Assembly: GCA_038231135.1 (NCBI GenBank)
Contig: JBBRLX010000007.1
Coordinates: 1,087 to 65,086, forward strand
Direction of reading: 5' to 3'
Length of the DNA: 64,000 nucleotides
DNA from: Candidatus Eiseniibacteriota bacterium
GTDB lineage: Bacteria > Eisenbacteria > RBG-16-71-46
In this document: positions 34,962 to 44,573 of the stretch, piece by piece
Layout: each line of letters starts with the position of its first letter
How positions within the stretch are numbered: the first letter of the stretch is position 1
Program-made: the position numbers and the translations under genes
Notes under the pieces: generated by a model
Databases searched by the model: none
What the model was told of the DNA's origin: nothing
What the model saw: only the letters and a program-made list of their open reading frames with translations

Positions 34962-36419
34962 TCAGTAGGAGCGCGCGAACAGCGCCCGCGGCGGACCGCC
35001 GTGGTCGCCGAACGACGACTGATCGAGCGGCACGCAGCGCAGCGTCGCGCCGGTGCGCTGCTTGATCTCCGCCTCGAGCGCGGCATCGTCCTGCCACGGC
35101 AGCGCGACGAATCCCCGCCGGGTCTCGAAGTGCGCGACGATGTCATCGAGCGAGGCCACGGTCGCGGTGTTCTCGTCGCGGAACTGCTTCGCTGCGGCGA
35201 ACAGATCGCGCTGGATATCGTCGAGCAGCACGGGCAGCCGATCGCCCAGCTCGCCGATCGGGATCGGCTCCTTCGCGCGGGTGTCGCGGCGCACGCTCAT
35301 CACCGAGCCCTGGCTCACGTCGCGCGGGCCGACCTCGAGCCGCACCGGCACGCCGCGCAGCTCGTACTCGTTGTACTTCCAGCCCGGCGAATACTGGTCG
35401 CGGTCGTCGACATGGAGCCGCACCCGGGAGCCCGCGGCCTCGCGCACCCGGTCCACGAACTCGAGCACCTGGGCGCGCTCCCCCGGCTTGCGCCAGATCG
35501 GAATCACCACCGCCTGCACCGGCGCGACGCGCGGCGGCAGCTTGAGGCCCTGGTCGTCGCCGTGGGTCATGATCACGGCGCCCACCAGCCGCGTCGACAC
35601 GCCCCACGACGTCTGCCAGACGTGCTGGCGCTTGCCCTGCTCGTCCTGGAACGTGATGTCGAACACCCTGGCGAAATGCTGCCCGAGGTTGTGCGAGGTG
35701 CCGGCCTGCAGCGCCTTGCCGTCGCGCATCAGCGCCTCGATCGAATACGTCATCTCGGCGCCGGCGAACTTCTCCGCCTGGCTCTTGCGGCCCGCCCACA
35801 CCGGGATCGCGAGTTCGGTCTCGACGAATTCCCGGTACACCTCGAGCATGCGCTCGACTTCGGCCTGGCATTCCTCCGACGTGGCGTGCGCGGTATGCCC
35901 CTCCTGCCACAGGAACTCGGCGGTGCGCAGGAACAGCCGTGTCACCTTCTCCCAGCGCATGACGTTCGCCCACTGGTTGATCAGCACCGGCAGGTCGCGG
36001 TAGGACTCGATCCAGCGCGAGTACATCTTGCCGATGATCGCCTCGCTCGTCGGCCGGATCGCGAGCCGCTCCTCGAGCTTCTCGTCGCCGCCGTGCGTGA
36101 CCCACGCCACCTGCGGCGCGAAGCCCTCCACGTGGTCCGCCTCGAGCTGCAGCAGCGACTCCGGGATCAACAGCGGGAAGTAGGCGTTCTGGTGCCCGGT
36201 CGCCTTGATGCGATCGTCGAGTTGCCGCTGCATGTTCTCCCACAGCGCGTAGCCGTAGGGACGGATCACCATGCAGCCGCGCACCGGCGCGTAGTCGGCG
36301 AGCTGGGCCTTGCGCACGACCTCGGTGTACCAGCGCGAGAAGTCGTCGCTCTGGTCGGTGAGATCCTCGACGAAACGGTCCTTGTCCGGCTGGATCGGCG
36401 TGGTGCTCACTCGCGCTCC
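34962..36419 (-). CDS. proS: Prolyl-tRNA synthetase, archaeal/eukaryotic type (class IIa)
   Basis: DFSRWYTEVVRKAQLADY N-terminus. Class II motifs. C-terminal zinc-binding ProRS domain. GTG 5 nt after AGGAG. 485 aa. Confidence 0.85.
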   Translation of the reverse strand, partial: GARVSTTPIQPDKDRFVEDLTDQSDDFSRWYTEVVRKAQLADYAPVRGCMVIRPYGYALWENMQRQLDDRIKATGHQNAYFPLLIPESLLQLEADHVEGFAPQVAWVTHGGDEKLEERLAIRPTSEAIIGKMYSRWIESYRDLPVLINQWANVMRWEKVTRLFLRTAEFLWQEGHTAHATSEECQAEVERMLEVYREFVETELAIPVWAGRKSQAEKFAGAEMTYSIEALMRDGKALQAGTSHNLGQHFARVFDITFQDEQGKRQHVWQTSWGVSTRLVGAVIMTHGDDQGLKLPPRVAPVQAVVIPIWRKPGERAQVLEFVDRVREAAGSRVRLHVDDRDQYSPGWKYNEYELRGVPVRLEVGPRDVSQGSVMSVRRDTRAKEPIPIGELGDRLPVLLDDIQRDLFAAAKQFRDENTATVASLDDIVAHFETRRGFVALPWQDDAALEAEIKQRTGATLRCVPLDQSSFGDHGGPPRALFARSY

Positions 36420-36492
36420 TGAGGGCTGGGGATGGACTTGGGGGCCCCCCGGGCGCCACGCCCAGGAGGGTCCGGCAGTATAGGAGCGCGAT

Positions 36493-37617
36493 TCACGACC
36501 GCAAAGCGGCGGCGGGCTCCGCGGCGCCGTCCGCGGCACGCGCCAGCACGCGCTCGAATGCCGCCAGCACGGTGGCGGGCTCGAGCGCCCGCATGCAGCG
36601 GAAATGCCCTTTGGGACATTCGGCGCGGCCGTGCAGCGTGCAGGGCTGACACGGCTCGTGACGGCACAGCACCTCGTGGCCGGGCCCGGCGGGCGCGAAT
36701 CCCAGCTCGGGCACGGTGCTGCCGAACAGCGCCACCAGCGGGACGCCGCGCGCGGCCGCCGCGTGCATGAGCCCGGTGTCGCACGTCACGCCTGCCACGG
36801 CGTGCGAGAACAGCGCCGCCATGCGCGCCAGCGGCTCCGTGCACCAGCGCGCCCGCGGGTCCTGGTCGACCCGGGACGCCAGCACCGGGAACAGCGCGCG
36901 CTCGCCGGGCAGGGTAAAATAGATCAGCGGGTGGCCCGCGGCCGCGAGCCGGTCGTGCACGACGAGCCAGTGGTTCTCGATCCAGCGCTTCGTCGCGTGG
37001 CGCGCGGCGGGACAGATCGCGACCGGCGGCCGGCGCTTGAACCACGCCGGATCGTCGTCGGGCGCCAGCGCCGCAGTGGCCGGCCGGAACCCCGCGAGCC
37101 AGGCGCGCGCCCACACCTCGGCCTCGCTGCCGGCCGCGAGGCGCGGCGGGCCCGCGGGCGCGATGCCGAGCGGCGCGAGCGCGAGCGCCATGCGCGCGAG
37201 CGCCTGCGGCGCCGGAGCGGGACGGGTCCAGCGCGCGTGCACCCAGCGCTCGCGCCGCCACCGGAACGCCGGCGCCCGCAGCACCGGGGCCCGCTGCCGG
37301 AACCGCAGCATGCGCGTGCGATGGTTGCCGTGGAGGTCGACGATCAGGTCGGCGTCCTCGAGCTCGGCCGACATCGACACCACGTCCTCGACCCGGCGCG
37401 CGTCCTTCTCCAGCACCCGCACGTGATCGATCGCCGGGTCGAACCGGACCGCGTCCTGGTATTCCTCCTTGGTCCAGTAGGTGATCCGGGTCCCGGGCCA
37501 CGCGTGCCGCAGCGCATGCACCACGGGTAGCGTGAGGATCACGTCGCCGAGCGACGACAGCCGCAGCACCGCCACGTGGCGGAACCCGCCGGGCGGCACC
37601 GCCAGCCGCGATGCCAT
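36493..37617 (-). CDS. Glycosyltransferase family 9 (LPS heptosyltransferase, second copy)
   Basis: LRLSSLGDVILTLPVVHAL... ...TCDTGLMHAAAARGVPLVALFGST. ATG overlaps the msbA stop. The rest of the 1001-aa ORF is out-of-frame read-through across msbA. Confidence 0.78.
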   Translation of the reverse strand: MASRLAVPPGGFRHVAVLRLSSLGDVILTLPVVHALRHAWPGTRITYWTKEEYQDAVRFDPAIDHVRVLEKDARRVEDVVSMSAELEDADLIVDLHGNHRTRMLRFRQRAPVLRAPAFRWRRERWVHARWTRPAPAPQALARMALALAPLGIAPAGPPRLAAGSEAEVWARAWLAGFRPATAALAPDDDPAWFKRRPPVAICPAARHATKRWIENHWLVVHDRLAAAGHPLIYFTLPGERALFPVLASRVDQDPRARWCTEPLARMAALFSHAVAGVTCDTGLMHAAAARGVPLVALFGSTVPELGFAPAGPGHEVLCRHEPCQPCTLHGRAECPKGHFRCMRALEPATVLAAFERVLARAADGAAEPAAALRS

Positions 37618-39566
37618 CAGGCGACGAACTGCAGGTCGTACAGCCGGCGGTAGAGGCCGTCCTGGCCCAGCAGTTGCGGATGCGTGCCGGCCGCGGCGAC
37701 GCGGCCGCGCTCGAGCACCACGATGCGGTCGGCGCTCTGCACCGTCGACAACCGGTGGGCGATCACCAGCACCGTGCGGTTCCGCATCAGCCGCTCGAGC
37801 GCGCCCTGCACCAGCCGCTCGCTCTCCATGTCGAGCGACGACGTGGCCTCGTCGAGCAGCAGGACCGGCGGGTTGCGCAGCAGCGCGCGCGCGATCGCGA
37901 GCCGCTGGCGCTCGCCGCCCGACAGCCGCACGCCGCGATCGCCGATCACGCTGTCGAAGCCCTCGGGCATGCGGCGGATGAATTCGAGCGCGTTCGCCGC
38001 CTCCGCGGCGGCCTCGATGTCCGGCTCGGTCGCGCCCGGAGTGCCGTAGGCGATGTTGTGGCGCACGGTGTCGTGGAACAGGATCGTATCCTGCGTCACG
38101 ACCCCGAGCCCCGCGCGCAGCGAGGTCAGCGTCACGTCCCTGAGATCGTGGCCGTCGATCGTGACGCGGCCGCCGGTCGGATCGTGGAATCGCCCGAGCA
38201 GGTCCATCGCCGTGCTCTTCCCCGCCCCGCTCGGGCCCACCAGCGCCACGACCTCGCCGCGGCGCACCTCGAACGACACGTCCTCGAGCACCGGGACGTC
38301 CGGCTGGTAGGCGAACGACACGTGCTCGTAGCGGATCGCGTCGCGGAACGGCGGCAGCGGCGGCGCGTCGGGACGGTCCACGATTACCGGCGGCGCGTCG
38401 ATCACCGCGAACACCCGGTTCGCGGCGGCGATGCCCTGCTGCACGTTGGTATGCACCTCGCTCAGCGTCTTGATCGGCGAGATCGTGCTGAGCAGCGCGG
38501 TGACGAACAGCACGAACTGTTGGGGTTCGAGCGTGTGGTGGACGAAGATCTCGCGGCCGCCGAACCACATCATGGCCACCGCCACCACCACCACCGCGTA
38601 TTCGCTCACCGGCCGCGCGGCGGCCGACACCCGCCGCAGGTGCACGAACGCGTTGTAGTAGCGCTGGTTCATGGCGTCGAACCGCGCGCGCTCGGCGGGC
38701 TCCATGCCGAACGCCTTCACCACGCGGGCGCCGGCCAGCGTCTCCTGCAGGATGCTCGTGAGGTCGCCCATCCGCTCCTGCGCGGTGTTCGATCGCTTGC
38801 GCATCTTGCGGCCGATCACCACCAGCGCCAGCGCCGCGGGCGGCAGCACGATCGCCGACAGCAGCGCGAGCCGCCACGATGCGATCACCACCCACATCAG
38901 GCAGCCGATCAGCGTCAGGCCGTCCTTGACCAGGTTGCCGATGCCGGACGCCAGCGACGCGCGCAGGTATTCCACGTCGTTCGTCACCCGCGACACCAGG
39001 GCACCGCCGCGGCGGCCGTGATGGTAGGCGAGCGGCAGGTCGAGCAGGTGCCCATACACGTGGCTGCGCAGATCGCGGATCGCCCCCTGCTCCACCGACA
39101 CCATGAGGTACGCCTGCAGGTAGTCGCTCGCGTTCTTGATGAACAGCACGATCAGGATGAAGATGCACACGCGTTCGAGCGCGACCAGCGGCCGGGCGTC
39201 GAGGAACGCGCGTTCGAGCCATCCCCGCAGCGGCTGCGGCCAGCCGGTGAGGCGGGCGGGCGCAGCGCGCGGACCGGCGGGCGCTGCTCCGGGGGCCCCG
39301 GGCACGGCCCCGGGCGGGATGGCCTCGGACCCGCCCGGCGTGCCGGTAACGGCGCCCGCGCCCGGCCTGCCGGCCGCCGTGGGGGCCGGGGCGGTGACGG
39401 TGGCGGCAGGCGCGCGGCCGCCTTCGAACAGCACCTTCATGAACGGGGCGATGAGTCCGAGCGAGATCGCGCTGGTGGCGGCGTACACCACCATGCACGC
39501 GAGCGCCGACGCCAGCGTCAGGCGGTAGGGGCCGAGGTAGCCGAGCAGCCGGCGATAGACGCGCAC
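37617..39566 (-). CDS. msbA: Lipid A/LPS export ABC transporter MsbA-like (TMD-NBD half-transporter) with a Pro/Ala-rich insertion of about 65 aa in periplasmic loop 1
   Basis: Six TM helices. Walker A GPSGAGKST, LSGGERQR, Walker B LLLDEATSSLD. Confidence 0.8.
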   Translation of the reverse strand: MRVYRRLLGYLGPYRLTLASALACMVVYAATSAISLGLIAPFMKVLFEGGRAPAATVTAPAPTAAGRPGAGAVTGTPGGSEAIPPGAVPGAPGAAPAGPRAAPARLTGWPQPLRGWLERAFLDARPLVALERVCIFILIVLFIKNASDYLQAYLMVSVEQGAIRDLRSHVYGHLLDLPLAYHHGRRGGALVSRVTNDVEYLRASLASGIGNLVKDGLTLIGCLMWVVIASWRLALLSAIVLPPAALALVVIGRKMRKRSNTAQERMGDLTSILQETLAGARVVKAFGMEPAERARFDAMNQRYYNAFVHLRRVSAAARPVSEYAVVVVAVAMMWFGGREIFVHHTLEPQQFVLFVTALLSTISPIKTLSEVHTNVQQGIAAANRVFAVIDAPPVIVDRPDAPPLPPFRDAIRYEHVSFAYQPDVPVLEDVSFEVRRGEVVALVGPSGAGKSTAMDLLGRFHDPTGGRVTIDGHDLRDVTLTSLRAGLGVVTQDTILFHDTVRHNIAYGTPGATEPDIEAAAEAANALEFIRRMPEGFDSVIGDRGVRLSGGERQRLAIARALLRNPPVLLLDEATSSLDMESERLVQGALERLMRNRTVLVIAHRLSTVQSADRIVVLERGRVAAAGTHPQLLGQDGLYRRLYDLQFVA

Positions 39567-39570
39567 GGGC

Positions 39571-39975
39571 TCAGCGACGGGCGGAGGCGGAATCGGCGGC
39601 CGACAGCGCCTTCAAGAGATCGGGGCCGCCGGTGAAATCCTCGATCGAATCCTCCGGGCGGGCGCTGAGCTGGCCCAGCTCGACGAGCTGGAACACGATG
39701 TGGCCGATGTCCGCACCCGATGTGACGCCCCATTCCTGGAACACGGTGGGCGCCAGCGCGCCGAACTCGGAGCGGCCTAGCTCCACGATCGCGCCCAGCA
39801 GCTCGCGGCCATGGAGGTGGCGGCGCACCGGATCCGCCCGGCGCTCGTCGGGCAGCTCCCGCACCGCGATGCCCAGCGCACCCACCACGAAGCCATACGC
39901 TTCGCGGCGGTAGCGCGGATCGCGCTCGCGGTAGGCGTCGACGAAGTCCCAGAAGCTCGGCTCGGAAGTCCCCAT
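39571..39975 (-). CDS. Hypothetical conserved protein (134 aa), immediately upstream of msbA
   Basis: ATG at MGTSEPSFWDF. The gap to the msbA start is only 4 nt. Coding-like composition. Confidence 0.45.
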   Translation of the reverse strand: MGTSEPSFWDFVDAYRERDPRYRREAYGFVVGALGIAVRELPDERRADPVRRHLHGRELLGAIVELGRSEFGALAPTVFQEWGVTSGADIGHIVFQLVELGQLSARPEDSIEDFTGGPDLLKALSAADSASARR

Positions 39976-40053
39976 GTCCCCTGCTCCGGATCGGGAGGCG
40001 CGCCGCCTGAAGACCCGCACGGGCCTGGCCGGTGCGCACCGGTGGCGCACCGA

Positions 40054-41667
40054 CTATAGGACTGCCGGCGCGCCACCGGCAACCCGCGAGCGCCGCAGCC
40101 GCGTGGGCCGCGCAAACGCCGCGCGGCGGCGCGGGTGGTCGAGATTGAAGTGCAGCCCGCGGCTCTCGCGGCGGCGCTGCGCGCACGCCACGATCAGGCT
40201 GCCGACGAGCGCGATGTTGCGCAGTTCGATCAGGTCGGGATGCAGCCGCAGCCGCACGTAATCCTGCTCGATCTCGTCGCGCAGCAACGCCAGCCGCCGC
40301 GCCGCGAACGCCAGCCGCTGATCGGTGCGCACGATCCCCACCAGGTCCCACATCACCCGGCGCACCGATTCCCAGTTGTGGTCGAACACCACCGACTCCT
40401 GCGGCGGCCGCGTGCCGTGGGCGCGCCACGGCTCGGGGCGCGGGGCGGAGCTGACCGCCGCGAGCCGGCGCCGCACCTCGGCGAGGCCCAGGTGCGCGCC
40501 GACCAGGCCTTCGAGCAGCGAGTTGCTCGCCAGCCGGTTCGCGCCGTGGAGGCCGGTGTAGGCGGTCTCCCCCAGCACCAGCAGCCCCTGGATCGACGTG
40601 CGGCCCGACAGTGCGGCGCGGACGCCGCCGCACATGTAGTGCGCCGCCGGCACCACCGGGATCGGCTCGCGCGTCAGGTCGAACCCGTAGGTCCTGAGCG
40701 CCGCGTCGATGTTCGGGAACCGCGCCCGCACCTCGGCCGCCGGACGGTGCGTGATGTCGAGCCATACGTAGGGTTCGCCCCGGCGCTTGAGCTCGCGGTC
40801 GATCGCGCGCGCAACAACGTCGCGCGGCGCGAGCTCGGCCTGCGGATGGACGCCCGGCATGAACCGCGTGCCGTCGATCGTGCGCAGCACCGCACCCTCG
40901 CCGCGCAGCGCCTCGCTCAGCAGAAACGACTTGGCCTGCGGATGGTAGAGGCAGGTGGGATGGAACTGCACGAACTCGAGATTCGCGACCGCCGCGCCGG
41001 CACGGTACGCCATCGCCACGCCGTCGCCGGTCGCGACGTCCGGATTGCTGGTGTACAGGTAGACCTTGCCGCAGCCGCCGGTGGCGAGCACGGTCGCCCG
41101 CGCCGTGACCGGACGGATGCGCCGCGTCGGCCGGTCCATGACGTAGGCGCCCCAGCACGTATCGCGGCCGTTCGCGACCCCGCCGCCGAGCCGCGAGTCG
41201 AGGATCAGGTCCAGCGCCAGCTGGTCCTCGACGATCCGGATGCGCGGATGCTCGCGGGCCCGCGCGATCAGCGCATGCTCGATCGAGCGCCCGGTGAAGT
41301 CGCCGGCGTGCACGATGCGCCGGCGCGAATGGCCGCCCTCGCGCCCGAGCTCGAACCGGCGGCCGCGGCGCGAGAACGGCACGCCGAGCGCCTCCAGTTC
41401 GCGCACGCGGTCGGGCGCCTCCTCGACCACCCGTCTCACGACTTCGGGATCGCACAGGCCGGCGCCGCACTCGAGCGTGTCGCGCTCGTGGCGCGCGAAC
41501 GAGTCGCGCGGATCGAACACCGCCGCCACGCCGCCCTGCGCCCAGTTCGTGCTGCCGTCCTCCGCGCGGCGCTTGGTGAGCACCAGCACGTCGCCGTGGT
41601 CCGCCGCGCGCAGCGCGATCATCAACCCCGAGATGCCGCTGCCCAGCACCAGCACGTCCGCGTTCAC
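40054..41667 (-). CDS. nadB: L-aspartate oxidase
   Basis: FAD motif DVLVLGSGISG. Succinate dehydrogenase/fumarate reductase flavoprotein-family core (RRIVHAGDFTG, HYMCGG). GTG 6 nt after GGAGG; overlaps the lpxK stop. Confidence 0.85.
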   Translation of the reverse strand: MNADVLVLGSGISGLMIALRAADHGDVLVLTKRRAEDGSTNWAQGGVAAVFDPRDSFARHERDTLECGAGLCDPEVVRRVVEEAPDRVRELEALGVPFSRRGRRFELGREGGHSRRRIVHAGDFTGRSIEHALIARAREHPRIRIVEDQLALDLILDSRLGGGVANGRDTCWGAYVMDRPTRRIRPVTARATVLATGGCGKVYLYTSNPDVATGDGVAMAYRAGAAVANLEFVQFHPTCLYHPQAKSFLLSEALRGEGAVLRTIDGTRFMPGVHPQAELAPRDVVARAIDRELKRRGEPYVWLDITHRPAAEVRARFPNIDAALRTYGFDLTREPIPVVPAAHYMCGGVRAALSGRTSIQGLLVLGETAYTGLHGANRLASNSLLEGLVGAHLGLAEVRRRLAAVSSAPRPEPWRAHGTRPPQESVVFDHNWESVRRVMWDLVGIVRTDQRLAFAARRLALLRDEIEQDYVRLRLHPDLIELRNIALVGSLIVACAQRRRESRGLHFNLDHPRRRAAFARPTRLRRSRVAGGAPAVL

Positions 41668-42626
41668 GACCCTCCTCCCACGCGCCGCTCGATCGCGTCG
41701 CCGCCCCGCACCCACTGCCATTCCACGTCCAGCACCTGCACGCCGTCGGCCGCGGCGGCGGGCCAGCGTACCGCGTCCTTGCGTGTCAGCAGCAGATGGG
41801 CCCCCGCCGCCCGGGCCCGGGCGCGCTCGCGCGCGACCTCGGCGCCCGTGAACCAGTGGTGGTCGCGATAACGCGCGATACCCGCCAGCTCGAATCCGGC
41901 CTCGACCGCGCTGCGTCCGACCGCCGCCGGATTGCCGGTGGCGGTGACCAGCCACACCCGCTCGCCCGGCGCGATCGGCGCGCCACCGAGCGGGCGCACG
42001 CCGGTGACGCGGTGGCGGCCGGCGGCGAGCAGCGCGGCCGGCGCCCAGCCGCGCAGCCGCGCGAGCTCGGCGTCGGGGTCCTGGCCCGCCGGCACCCGCG
42101 ACAGGATCAGCGCGTCCGCGCGCTGCAGCGCGCGGTGCGGCTCGCGCATGCGGCCCTGCGGCAGCAGCCGCCCGCCGCCCAGCGGATCCGAGGCGTCGAG
42201 CACCACCAGATCGACGTCGCGCTCGAGCGGCCAGTGCGAGAACCCGTCGTCGACCAGGATCGTGCGCCAGCCGTCCGCCGCGGCGCGGCCGGCAAGCTCG
42301 AGCTTGCGGCGCCCGGCATAGACGCGGGCGGGCCCCAGCGCCGCGGCATACAGCCGCTCCTCGTCGCCGTGGCCCGCGGGGCCCGGCCGGTAGCGGCGGC
42401 ACACCACGGCGCACTCGATCCCCTGCCCGGCGAGGCGCTGCGCCAGGTGCAGCGTGAGCGTGGTCTTGCCGGTGCCGCCGACCGTGAGATTGCCGACGCT
42501 CACCACCCGGGCGGGCACGCGCCGCGTGCGCCAGGTCCCGCGCGCATACAGCCGCCGGCGCAGTTCCCAGCCCGCACCGTAGATCCGCGAGCACGCGTCG
42601 AGCACCGGGCCCGGCAGCGGAGTCAT
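41664..42626 (-). CDS. lpxK: Tetraacyldisaccharide 4'-kinase
   Basis: VVSVGNLTVGGTGKTTLTLHLAQRL P-loop typical of LpxK. Start MTPLPGP chosen inside the longer ORF. Confidence 0.8.
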   Translation of the reverse strand: MTPLPGPVLDACSRIYGAGWELRRRLYARGTWRTRRVPARVVSVGNLTVGGTGKTTLTLHLAQRLAGQGIECAVVCRRYRPGPAGHGDEERLYAAALGPARVYAGRRKLELAGRAAADGWRTILVDDGFSHWPLERDVDLVVLDASDPLGGGRLLPQGRMREPHRALQRADALILSRVPAGQDPDAELARLRGWAPAALLAAGRHRVTGVRPLGGAPIAPGERVWLVTATGNPAAVGRSAVEAGFELAGIARYRDHHWFTGAEVARERARARAAGAHLLLTRKDAVRWPAAAADGVQVLDVEWQWVRGGDAIERRVGGGS

Positions 42627-43856
42627 CGCACCGGCCACAGGTCCCACGCCACGAGCTGCGCCACCGTGCGCCGCGCGGAACCGCGCAGGGCCACGGCCAC
42701 CGCGTGCCCCGCGGCCGCCGCGCGATCGCGGGCGCCGGCATCGGCGAGCAGCCGCGTGAGCTCGAGGACGCAGGAGTCCTCGTCGTTCACCAGCACGATC
42801 GCGCCGGCCGCGTCCAGCGCCCGGACGCCCTCGAGCTGCGAATGCCGCGACGGGCCCATGATCACCGCCGCGCCACACGCCGCGGGCTCGAGTGGATTGT
42901 GTCCGCCGTAGTCGGCGAGGCTCCCGCCGACGAACGCCACGTCGGCGGCCGCGTAGTAGGCGTTCAGTACGCCCGGCCGGTCGTCCCAGCGCCAGCCGCG
43001 GTCGCCGCCGGTGACGGCGCGCCCCGCCTCATCGCGGAGTTCGGAGGTCGCGCGCGGGTGGCGGGGCACCGCGACCACCTGCCAGCCGTCCTTCACCGCG
43101 GCGGGAATCCGGTCCCAGGTGCGCGACAGCACGCGCCCCTCGCCCGGCCGCAGGCTGCCGAACACGAGCACCGGACGGTCGCGCTCGAGACCCGCGGCGA
43201 CGCGCGCCGCGCCCCGGCTCACCGCCGGCTCGGGCAGCGCATCGAACTTGAGATTGCCACCCACCGCGACGCGCTCGCCGCGCGCGCCGATCGACCGCCA
43301 GCGCTCGGCGTCGCGGTCGCTCTGGCACACCACGCCCGCGAGGCCGCGCATCAGCCGCGAGAACCCGCCGCCGAGTCCCCGGTAGCGCTGCACCGAGCGC
43401 GCCGACAGCCGCCCGCTGACCACGACCACCGGCACGCCCGCGGCGTCGGCGTGCAACAGCCAGTGCGGCCACAGCTCGGTCTCGACGAGCACGATCCGGC
43501 GGGGCCTGGTGCGCTCGAAGAATCGCGACACCACCTGCGGGGCGTCGAGCGGCGCCAGCGCCACTGCGCGCCCGGTCGCCGCGAGCCGCGCGCGGCCGGC
43601 CCGCGTGGTGGCGGTGAGGAACAGCTGCGCCCCGGCGTCGAGCGCCGCGAGCTCGCGCGCGAACGGCGGCACCGCCACCGCTTCGCCGAGCGACGCCGCG
43701 TGAATCCAGGCGTCACACGGCCCCGCGTGATGGACGAGGCCGAGCCGCTCGTTCCACAACAGCCGCTCGGCGGGCGACGTGAACATGCGCGCCACCGGCG
43801 CCATCGCGCCGAGCGCGGGCGCGAGCAGGCGGTACGTCGCCCATGACAGGTTCAAC
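42623..43856 (-). CDS. waaA: 3-deoxy-D-manno-octulosonic acid (Kdo) transferase
   Basis: WIHAASLGE motif and C-terminal GT-B region. Start uncertain (TTG at 43856; no clear SD). Confidence 0.72.
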
Positions 43857-43901
43857 GCCCGGCCCGGCCCTGCGTTCGAGCTGCAGCCGCCCGGCGGGCG
43901 G

Positions 43902-44573
43902 TCACGCCGGTTCCCCGGCGCGTTCGCTGACGGCGCGGGTGTGCGCGGCAAGCGCCTGCTCGATCCGCGCGCGCCAGGTCTCGAGCTCCGCGTCCTCGAG
44001 TCCCCCGGGCACCCGGATCGGCGCACCGTGATCGACCCGCACCCGGGCGAACGGCATGGGCACACGGAACCCGTCCCACGACCGCAACACGCGGGTGCGA
44101 TCGGCCGCCGCGGCGACCGGCACCACGGGCAGCTGGGTGCGGCTCGCGAGCCACGCCAGCCCGGGTTTGACGACGAGCGCCGGGCCCCGCGGGCCGTCCG
44201 GGGTGATGCTGAGCGACCGTCCGCCCGCCGCCGCGGCGATCAACTGGCGCATGCCGTCCTCCCCGCCGCGCGTGCTCGACCCGCGCGCAGTGCCGTAACC
44301 CATTCGCTCGATCACGCGCGCGATCCATTCGCCGTCGCGGTGGCGGCTCACCAGCACCACGACGCCCAGTCCGCGATGCGAGTAGACCAGCGGCAGCAGC
44401 CGCGCGTGCCACAGCGCGAAGATACACCGTTCGCCGCGCGCCCCCTGCCAGCGCTCGAGCCCCTCGACCGACAGCCGCCACGAGCGGCCGAGTGCGCCGA
44501 GCGCCGCGGCGCCGGCGATCACGCCTGCCGGGCCCCACCACGGCAGCCGCGCGCCCGCGGTGCCGCCGGTCAT
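43902..44573 (-). CDS. Lysophospholipid-acyltransferase-like (DUF374-type) protein, the type commonly found between kdtA and lpxB
   Basis: ALWHARLLPLVYSHRG...ITPDGPRGP pattern. Overlaps the lpxB stop. Confidence 0.55.
   Translation of the reverse strand: MTGGTAGARLPWWGPAGVIAGAAALGALGRSWRLSVEGLERWQGARGERCIFALWHARLLPLVYSHRGLGVVVLVSRHRDGEWIARVIERMGYGTARGSSTRGGEDGMRQLIAAAAGGRSLSITPDGPRGPALVVKPGLAWLASRTQLPVVPVAAAADRTRVLRSWDGFRVPMPFARVRVDHGAPIRVPGGLEDAELETWRARIEQALAAHTRAVSERAGEPA

Noticed and set aside
36493-39498. 1001-aa minus-strand ORF suggesting one giant protein
   Set aside because: Only the C-terminal 374 aa (GT9 heptosyltransferase) are real. The upstream part is stop-free read-through that overlaps msbA, which is encoded in another frame with clear ABC motifs. 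The same applies to the 692-aa ORF 6246..8324 (gcvT is only 6246..7352) and the 895-aa ORF 40054..42741 (nadB plus out-of-frame lpxK region).
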